Assembly (NCBI GenBank): GCA_951406725.2
Contig: OX597815.1
Coordinates: forward strand, 42,780,001-42,844,000
Source: Octopus vulgaris
Lineage: Eukaryota
Direction of reading: 5' to 3'
DNA: 64,000 bases
Shown here: positions 54,180 to 64,000 of the stretch, one piece after another
Layout: the number at the start of each line of letters is the position of its first letter
Numbering within the stretch: position 1 is the stretch's first letter
Notes under the pieces: generated by a model
What the model was told of the DNA's origin: nothing
Databases searched by the model: none
The model's input: the letters and a program-made list of their open reading frames with translations, nothing else
Translations under genes and position numbers: made by a program

Positions 54180-54683
54180 GAATTCCTTGAATCGGATTTG
54201 GGAACACTGAAAGTTGGGAGCATACCCTTTCGGCTTCTTATCACTTCTAGAATTCTGCTCGAACTAAAAGTGCTATCAAATCCGAATATGCAAGCGAAGA
54301 ATTTCTGCTCTCCCCTTTCCACCAGCGTGGGTTAAAATTGACAAACACCATGTATTAACGGTGAAAACCGCAGCATTTAACAGAGCGAGATGAATTATAA
54401 TTTCAACAATTGAGGGTAAAATTAATTAATTATTAATCAATTTCACCAAGTATTCAGTATGTAAAGGGACCATTTTAGGCGAATTCAAAATATTACATTA
54501 TATATAAGGGCTTAGTAAAATAAATTACTTTGCCACATACTGAACTCATTAGAAATAGCAGCTAAAGAAATTTCTTCAGCTATTTCTAATACTTAAAGAA
54601 GATCTCTCTCAGATAGTGTTTGCCTAAACCAACTCACAAAGGTATGGGGGAAAAAACATTAAAAATCAAGTGCAAAGGTTATT

Positions 54684-54735
54684 TGAGAACGTACGTTTCT
54701 AGATTAGTCAATTCGACATTTCTTTCGTCAGCTCA
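54684..54735 (-). ncRNA. Type-I hammerhead motif (tandem copy 2)
   Basis: Identical to 54128-54179. Confidence 0.78.
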
Positions 54736-55267
54736 GAATTCCTTTGAATCGGATTTGGGAACACTGAAAGTTGGGAGCATACCCTTTCGGCTTCTTATCA
54801 CTTCTAGAATTCTGCTCGAACTAAAAGTGCTATCAAATCCGAATATGCAAGCGAAGAATTTCTGCTCTCCCCTTTCCACCAGCGTGGGTTAAAATTGACA
54901 AACACCATGTATTAACGGTGAAAACCGCAGCATTTAACAGAGCGAGATGAATTATAATTTCAACAATTGAGGGTAAAATTAATTAATTATTAATCAATTT
55001 CACCAAGTATTCAGTATGTAAAGGGACCATTTTAGGCGAATTCAAAATATTACATTATATATAAGGGCTTAGTAAAATAAATTACTTTGCCACATACTGA
55101 ACTCATTAGAAATAGCAGCTAAAGAAATTTCTTCAGCTATTTCTAATACTTAAAGAAGTATTATATATATATATATATATATATATACATACATATATGC
55201 ATGTATAGATGTATATATATATATGTATATATATAAATATATGTGTGTGTATGTATGTATGTATATC

Positions 55268-55322
<55 letters not shown>

Positions 55323-56714
55323 TATATGTATGTATGTGTATATGTGTGTGTGTGCGTGCGTGTGTGCGTGTATATGAGTATGCGTGTTTGTATATTCATA
55401 TATAAACTAAAAATTCACAATAATACTACTTACGAGGGAAAGAAACAGCACCATTAAGTAAAGTGTTGATTTAATTTCTTCGACTGATACTAGCGTCAGA
55501 AACGTTTGAACAATTTTACAAATTATATGAAGCATCAAATTTAGAAAGAGGCCGTTTTTGATAGGAAAAGGAATAATGTGCCTGGGAGAACATCTACTTT
55601 TCTGCAGAGTACTTGTTCTCAATGCCTGTTTATTTTACCTGTACTGTGTATTCTTTTTATTTCCTTGCAACCAGTCTTCTTATCCAAAATACACACATGT
55701 ATATATACTGGCACATACTGACATTACCGCATTGTCCTGCTCCCAATACGGCACATACGTTCCGTTCTGCCCTCACAAGTGCCTATTCATGCTCTTCAAC
55801 ACACATAGCCATCATCCTTGCGTACACTTCTTTCATCTTTCTGCACATGACTGGAGTTTCTGACAACCTCGAATCTCTACTGTCTCTACTCAGAAACGTC
55901 ATAAACTACCTACTTACGCCCTTCATCCAGTCTTACCGGGAATCTTACGCAGCTACACATGGTCTTCCATCGTATTTTCTCTGTCTTGATAAAGGGCACT
56001 TTCCCTAAACATTGATTTGGTTTTTCTATTTCTCATTTCAATATACGTTGATTCTGTATTTACTTTTAATGATTTTAATTTCTTTTTCCATATTATATAT
56101 ATGAACGTATCAGCGTGTTTATCATGAATCTTACACTGTGTTACACTGAGCACATGTATGTGTGTCTGAGTGGATGTGCATATGTATGTGTTTGTGTTTA
56201 TCTGAGTTTACTTTTGTATGCGTGAAGTAAAAGGGAAGGCGAATGAAAGAGGGACTGAGAAAAAGAAGTAAAAAGAGAAAGAAAAGGCAAGAAAGAAGGG
56301 AAAATAGAAAGAAAGTAATCAATGTAACATGCTGATAATTTTATATAACAATGTTAGAAATTTTCTTAATAAAATTCTCATTTACTTCTATAAATATAAA
56401 CATCCATCAATCGAGCTATTAAATTTTCACACATCAAGACTGGCAAGTATATATCGAATGTGTCAAAAGTATTTGTCAATAATGATTTGCAACTCAAGTA
56501 GAAGGTTTAGAGGAATAAGTATAATCAATTAGATCGATCCTTGAACTTGATTGACAAAGATAATATTTTTGTCCTGTTTTGTTGTAGTTACTGAACAAAA
56601 TTTTCAGATTTTCACCCTTGAAAGTCAAATATAAACCATTGCAAAAAACTCAATTCTGCTAGAATTTTATGCAGTTAATTTATCAGAAATATAAAATGTG
56701 ACCATAAGTGCCAA

Positions 56715-56783
<69 letters not shown>

Positions 56784-56794
56784 CTCTGTATATA

Positions 56795-56834
<40 letters not shown>

Positions 56835-57354
56835 TCACAATATATGGATTGAAGTAATCCGGTAGTGCTCTTGAGAAAGCTCCTTGAAGTATTGTCCTAC
56901 AAAACACATAGAATTGATGAAATTTTAGTTAACAATAAGAAAATTCTAATATCACGACAAATTGTTCCGTAACTTATAAACATGTATATAACTTATATTA
57001 TTATATTTAATGATGAATAAATTACTTGCATGTCTGCGTTAATGCAAAATGCATAAAACCTTTGAACATAATGCAAAATTTAAGCTACATCCTCAGCTGA
57101 AAGAAAGTCTTTGTTAGATAGTACGTTCTCGACGTAAAGTTCCAATAGTAACGTTCCAATAAGTATATCATATAAGTATATGGAAAAAATATCAATAAGC
57201 ACTCATTAAATATTATTTAAAATACATAATTATAGTCACAATACAAGTAGATATACTAAAAAATATCTTTATACATAAATATTGTATAAACATTATTAGT
57301 ATCTAAATGATTTCCAAATATGAATTATTACTACAGTGCTAAATTGCTTCAGGG

Positions 57355-57595
57355 CTGTGGCTATCAACCGCTTTTGCTTATGATTTATATTTAACTCTAC
57401 TGGACCCTCACACCCATTCGATGTTTAAGAAATACTGTTATACTTTCATGATCAAATATTATTAGGAATTATATTTAAAAAATGGTAAAACATTGTGTAT
57501 TGTAGAAATATGACCGATTTATCGCTCATAAATTTTTGCAATAAAATCTTTTATGGACCATTAAACGACATATGGACCCCGGTTGGGAACCACTG
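57355..57595. mobile_element. Possible hAT-type MITE
   Basis: Right end ggaccccggttgggaaccactg (CAGTGGTTCCCAAC-type TIR); diverged left end ctgtggctatcaacc; TSD not clean. Confidence 0.5.
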
Positions 57596-57723
57596 CTGTA
57601 GAGTTTTAGGTTGAATACGTTTTCAGTATTTAATCTTGTTTACCAAAGTTTATTTCTCAAAGCGGTCCACTTTACTTTTATCGTATTAGAGCCATTCCAA
57701 TAAATAATATATTATAAAATAAA

Positions 57724-57980
57724 TGCGCCCTTTTAAAGCCTAGCCAAGCTCACAGGCCCGGTTTTCCGGTTTTCCGGTTTTTATGGTGTATGTGTTTCCC
57801 AGCTGGACGGGATGCCAGTCCATCGCAACGTTACCCATTTTTGCCAGTTGAGTGGACTGGAGCAACGTGACATGAAGTGTTTTGCTCAAGAACACAACGC
57901 GTCGCCCGGTCCAGGAATCGAAACCACAATCTTACGATCTTGATGCTGAGAACCTAACCACTAAGCCACGCGCCTCCACA
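57724..57980 (-). mobile_element. tRNA-derived SINE family B
   Basis: Minus head gtggaggcgcgtggcttagtggttagg...ggtttcgattcctgg; core gagtggactggagcaacgtga shared with 61180-61235. Confidence 0.85.
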
Positions 57981-60975
57981 ATAAATAATATATATTAAGC
58001 GAAAAGTATTTTCTCACCACGCTGTTTGGGTTTTGATGTACCTCGCTTAGCTGCTAACCCCTCAATCCTGTATATTACTATTGCTTAATATGAGTTGTAC
58101 ATAGACAAGTGCATACACAGATGATGTGCAGCTGTAGTCAACTGAACATAGCAAATATTCCTGAAGACCAATGGTTGGATAAAATGCAATATCGAAGTTA
58201 ACTGGCAGGGTGTGAACTCGGTCATTAATAAATGAAATAAATTACTGCTTAGCGAGTTACCAGCTATACAACCCTTAGAGATCTGGTAATAATATCATAA
58301 TAACTTGTATTAAACAAAGTTTGATATCAAATGTTTCAGTGGATAGTTCGTCGATTAGTTGTCATTAGTCGTGCTCATGCAACATCTTGCAAGAAGCAAA
58401 GCAATTCCATAAATGTTTTCTCAGCGCAGCATAGCAAACGAGCTTGCCAGTACAATTAACTAAATGACATGAAATCGATAGTACGTCTTCTCACTCTTCT
58501 CGATAAAAATGACCTTATGTCTCAAAAGGAAAATGATATGACGCGTGTAGGAATCAGTTCCACGCAAATTGAATGGCTTATGTAGGGTCGGGAAGCTGTT
58601 TTGCTTCTGCAGGTCGGATAGCATATTAATGAATGGATGCTGAACCACATAAATGCCACAAATTTTTTTAATGTAGAAATTATTCCATCTATTAAAAAAC
58701 AAAACAAAGAATTCTTAAAATCATATAAAGAGCAAAGTAATGTATTGAATGGCGGTAAATTAAGTATAAGAAAGGAATTTATTGAATTTTAATGCGAATA
58801 GGGGCAAATCTGTGTGAAGACAATGCTTTTTATTGTTTAAAATTCTCTCAACGTTGCATGTAGACTTATTGATGCCGAAAGCAAGACAGGTATAAGTGAA
58901 TTTTGTTCTTCAAAGGTTCCTGATGTGCCACATTTTTGAAAATAATTGCACTAGCAGATAAGCGCTGTCAAATGAAGACGCAATCTAGTTTTCATAGACA
59001 TGTAAGTTAGAATACTTCTCACATAGATGGATGTATTTTATATTGAAGTCCAGTAATTATATATCTTTAGGCTGATATTTCTTTTCTATTATGTTACCAT
59101 ACTCTATTCAATTCCGTTCCATTTCATAATTTTCTAGTGCAGTGTCTATATTAAAGGAAGTAGCGTAGCTGACAGCTTGAAAATATTTGCATGTAAACGA
59201 AAATCAGTAAACTGAAGTGAAAAGTTTTTCTTTATTCTCGAATTATATTCATAAATATGCCTAGAACATGTGCTTTAATTTTTTGAAAAGTAGAAAAATG
59301 TGTACTAAGGAATTTATTACGGTTTGTCATAACTGTTCCTTTCTTTCAAATGCTACGATTCGGCCATAAATCTTTTGTGTCTGCTGATTTTTTTTCTCCC
59401 TTAAAGTTGCAAATCTAAATTATTTGAATAAAGTATTATGCCCACAACAAATGTCAAGTTTACACATCGATCGAAGTCGTGGAACAGTGAATCCCCAATA
59501 TTTTTGCTTTCAGGAAATATCAAATATTATTGTCACTTTTTCACTCTTTGTAGCATTGACTCTCGTGTAAGCCAGCATCTCCAGCAAAAATAAGCTGTCT
59601 CCAGATTGTGGCTCCGTATCGAACAAAATATGATGAAACACACGATGTTTTAATCTACAAGAAAATACTAAATTCACTTATATATTATTTTCAAGAAAGC
59701 GTCATTAAAGTTAATTGAAAAAATACCTTTAACAATTAGAAAATTGAAGGTAAATGCTTCGAGTCCTTTTTCTCATCAAGCACGAATATAAAAATGCAAT
59801 GAATTGCATGCATTTCTTATACAAGTTTTAATGTCTGGTGATATATCTTTAACTTACTGCGTGATAGATGCAAACAAATGTTTATTTTCTTGGTAAACAA
59901 TATCTACAACTACCTCTCTATCTACAAAATGTTTTTTACAATGCATTTAGTGATTTCGTTGCTGGTATGGATATTTCCATCATTTTAAAAAGGTAGCACT
60001 AAATTCCTCAAACCTTCCTCGGAAGCGAAATTTCAACATTCCTTGCCTGCCCAGTAAAACTGTTAATATTTCTACTCTGATGGGTTTCGTAATTTTGCCT
60101 AATATTTGCCACTTTCTTCCCGGTAACAGTTCTTGGCACATGAGACAAATTGGTGCTCAAGGAAGAAACAATCTGTGTCCAAGTATCAATGTTTTTTTTC
60201 ACATTTTACATTAAATGCATTCAAAACTTGAGTATTGAGGAAGTATTATATATTTAAGTATTTAAATAATTCGCTCATCTGATACCTTGCTGTTGTCAGA
60301 GATGTCAAGAAGTTGTACAACAACCACCAGTAAGTGAATTGTCTCTTTTGCTTTCCTTTTAACAACCAAGTATGTAGGAACATCACTGAGTAGCAGACAG
60401 AAAAAGAACAGTTGGTCCTAAATATTACTTGCAAATAGTATGAATATCCACTATACTTAGTAAAAAATTAAGGTTGATAAATTGCTAGAATTAATAATAT
60501 TTTTTCCATTTGTAGATATTTACTGAGGATATTTTAAAAAAGATGTCAATGATTCTCTTGACTAATTTTAACGATCTTTACTGGGCATCTGCGCTACCAC
60601 AGCGAGTATTTACTGCATATGCCCTGGATTTCGTATACAACAGAGTTTTGTGTGAAACGAAACATAGTTTCAGGCTTCTATTATTATACACTATTCATGG
60701 CATCATCACGTGGTTATTTGAAACACAGAATAAGGAAAAAATTACAATATTTTTCTACTGGTTGAGTCTGGTCTGCGGGCCTTAGATTGCTCCCTTTAGG
60801 CCTATAATATATTGGTTTGATTTTGTGTCTTATTCTGATTTCAAATCTTATCAGTTTTCTCATTGCTCTTTAACTTCTTGATTATTAAAAATAAGTGATA
60901 ATAATTTAATAAGATAAATTAAATCGAATAAAACCCGACCCTCCTCTACAAAACACGAGCTTCACGGAATAAACG

Positions 60976-61319
60976 TAAAGGGTAAAGACCCCATTCGGTC
61001 ATGAATGACCATAAGATTGCACCTAGAAAGTAACCCTCCAAGGCACAAGTTTGGGCAAGGTTGATTATGGAAGACCTGCAGTCATCTATGCATACCAGCC
61101 TGCCCTTTCCACGCCATTGATGTTATCCAAGGGAAAGGCAAAGGCCGATACAGCTTGGCACCAGTGACATCGCAACTCATTTCAGCAGCTGAGAGAACTG
61201 GAGCAACGTGAAATAAAGTGCCTTTCTCAAGAACACAACACATCCCGATCCGGGAATCGAACTCACTGTTTCATGATTGTGAGCCTGATGCTCTAACCAC
61301 TGAGCCACGCGCCTTCACA
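60976..61319 (-). mobile_element. tRNA-derived SINE family B variant with a different (possibly RTE-derived) tail
   Basis: Head gtgaaggcgcgtggctcagtggttagagc...gagttcgattcccgg; same core as 57724-57980, unrelated 3' half. Confidence 0.8.
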
Positions 61320-61909
61320 AAAATAAACGTAATCTCATGACAAGTAGATCCAGGAATCAATGACCGTTACTCGTTCTATAAATTTCACTCCACTTTGGCA
61401 GTTAATACAGCGTTGATAAAGAACTGTCACACAATCACGTGTGCAGTCTCCTGTAATATATGAATCCTTGCACTCAGGCTGGAAAAATCAATAACAGACT
61501 GAGTCACTTTGGATATGCACATTGTCAAAACGTGGGATACATAAATATAAAGTAGTTAATTACGAGCCATAAACATTTTCAATGCTGTTTATCATTGGTT
61601 ATCATATTAAATGTTTTGCAGTATTTCTTCTCATTGCGTCATGAATTCAAATCCTGCCGCGATCAACTTTGGTATTTATCAATCTGGAGTTATTAAAATA
61701 AAGTACCGGACCCCGGTACTTTATTTTAATCGACTAACTCCATACCCCTAAATCTTAGAAACAATTACTATTTATATCTTCAATTTAAAAACTAACATAC
61801 ACCCGTTCATTCAACAATCACTAATATTTGCTATCTGCCCACTCAATAATTGAGACCATCAAATTAATGAATATGATGCAATTTGTCCAGATATTAAAAT
61901 TTTTCGCGG

Positions 61910-61952
<43 letters not shown>

Positions 61953-62164
61953 TTGTAATTGTTTCCATACTATAACATGATAACAAGAATTGAATTGGTT
62001 TTCATACAAACGCAGAAGACAGACGGCAACACTATTAATTCTACTGCATTTACCTGAAGCAATCTTCTTTATCTTTAAGGAAATATGTTGCTCTATTGTT
62101 ACTACGTTTTATTTTATTTATTTCTACTTTAGCTCTTTACTCTGTTGTTGCATTTGTTTTTGGT

Positions 62165-62188
62165 GTTGATGTTGATATTTTCGTCGTC

Positions 62189-62246
<58 letters not shown>

Positions 62247-62286
62247 TTATTATTATTGTTGTTGTTTTTGTTGTTGTTGTTGGTGG

Positions 62287-62320
<34 letters not shown>

Positions 62321-62355
62321 GTTGTTGTTGTTGTTGTTATTTTTGTTGTTGTTGG

Positions 62356-62396
<41 letters not shown>

Positions 62397-62430
62397 GTAG
62401 TAGTAGTAGTAGTAGTAGTAGCAGCAGCAG
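62165..62430. repeat. (TTA)n/(TTG)n/(AGT)n microsatellite
   Basis: Direct inspection. Confidence 0.95.
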
Positions 62431-63370
62431 CACAGTAGTATTATTTTAGTTATAGCTATTGTTTCCGGACGTTATTGTCTAAAGGTGTATTTTGATATTG
62501 CTCATGTTATATGTGTTGTCTTTTTCTAACATAAGGTAGATTTGTCGAATATCATTTTATTGTTAATACATTGTGCTAAGAGGAAAGCTGGATTGTTCTA
62601 AATCTGTTTCCAAAGAGGGAAAGAACATTGTTTATTTGTTGTTTGCCATTTGTTTCTGCTGTGAAAGCAACAATTATTTTTCAGCATACCTACTTCAGTG
62701 GTGATCGTGAGAGCGTTTTCTATAACGATCGTAGCTGCTTTCATTTCTCGGTGGAAGAGCGAAGACAAAACAAATCCAATTTATGTACAAACATTAATAC
62801 AAGTTAAGAGTATCAATACTTACACCGTGAGATATGCAAAATATAAACGGTAGACAAATATACCAACAATAATAACAGTAGAAACACCCACAACAATATT
62901 AACAACAGTAAACTTCCCAAAAATAGCTACCAAAATAAAAGCATGTTTAAATTTGCAATCTCAAAAGTAGTTTTTGGGTCGACATCACCATGGTGGCTTA
63001 AATTCACCTTGATTACTTAAGCTCAGATAAAATAATGTGTTAAAAACGATGAACATATTTCAATTCTTCAGAGTTGATATAACCGACTTAACCCCTTCCC
63101 CCGAACTAACTGGCATTGTGCCAAAAATTTCAAACCAATGTTTGAAATTGTGGAATAGAAGCAAATGTCACGTCGAGGATACTCTTTTGCCTCATGAACT
63201 AAGAACGTGAGACAATATATAGGCTATATGAAGGAGTTCCACTTGTTCTTTAGCTAGATTCTCATATAGAAATAACAAAGGCGAAATCTGGTTGGTGTAA
63301 ACTTATATTTTAGTTTTTTGTTTATAGAGTAAACATTTGATATGTGTGTGCATATATGTGCGTATATATA

Positions 63371-63414
<44 letters not shown>

Positions 63415-64000
63415 CGCGTGTGTGTGCGTGTTTCGGAGAACTTGTAAAGGAAACCATGAGCAAGAATGGGGAGTGAACAAAAATGAACTAATTTTCGCGA
63501 TATTAGTTATACTAAAACTCTGATACCAAATACATCTTCTAATGCAAATTCCGAGCAGTAAGAATGTGAGACTATTGATGTAAGATGAAAAACAATGATT
63601 TTCCCATCACTAGTGATAAAGCCGATGTGAAGGCATTCTTCCATGAAAAAAAAGAAAAATTTGAAAAAATGCAAGAAAAAAGGACAGCTTCCAAAAGTTA
63701 TAAATAATTAATACATGAAAACCAACATTAACAAGTTGAACAAAATTTCAAAACAAAAGCGTGGAGGAAACCTTTTGGCTACTGAAGACAGAACTTCTAC
63801 CTAACTCAATTGCTAAATAAACTGAAATAGGGTAATATCTACATTTTCTGCAGTAATACTACTAATTGTTGAAACGAGAAGATCAGCGGAACAGCGGCAT
63901 TAAATCAGGGGCAATAAAGATGAACAATAATCATGGTTGAAATAGCGCTGAAATTACGTCTCAAAGCAAAAGAGCTTGGCTACATGAAAAGCAACCATAA

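Larger units (their letters stand above)
53937..55158 (-). mobile_element. Tandem array of a 557-bp HHR-bearing unit (about 2.2 copies), inserted in (TA)n; retrozyme-like
   Basis: tacattatatataagggc starts at 53937, 54494 and 55051; copies differ only by two homopolymer indels that I can see. Confidence 0.93.

Noticed and set aside
55600-56000. Possible very old RTE-like LINE remnant on minus
   Set aside because: Only compositional resemblance; no diagnostic motif
58158-58195. CTGAAGA-ccaa-tgg-ttgg hairpin
   Set aside because: Lacks GAAA and stem I
59300-60790. Higher-complexity stretch with short ORFs, possibly a decayed transposase or host exons
   Set aside because: No motif I can identify; needs BLASTX

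Overview
AT-rich eukaryotic (not prokaryotic) intergenic or intronic DNA, saturated with microsatellites and retroelements. The tRNA-derived SINE families resemble those I recall from octopus/cephalopod genomes (inference, not a search result). I cannot support any host protein-coding gene; most ORFs in the track are translations of simple repeats. Recognisable elements: a near full-length but disrupted Dong/R4-type RLE non-LTR retrotransposon in (TAA)n, a second RLE family sitting in (CATA)n, a decayed L1/Tx1-like LINE, several Penelope-like elements (PLEs; RT + GIY-YIG), about a dozen SINEs and two MITEs. The main signal is a dense set of minimal type-I hammerhead ribozyme (HHR) motifs: about 15 full or partial copies in 8 sequence variants, all with a palindromic stem III. 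They occur in PLE termini and in ORF-less elements inserted in (TA)n as inverted or tandem repeats. Two of these are related ~557-bp HHR-bearing tandem units that look like large retrozyme-type (circular-RNA-producing) non-autonomous elements. One PLE family also carries a tRNA-like Pol III head directly upstream of its HHR. All structures were read by eye; no folding or database search was run.
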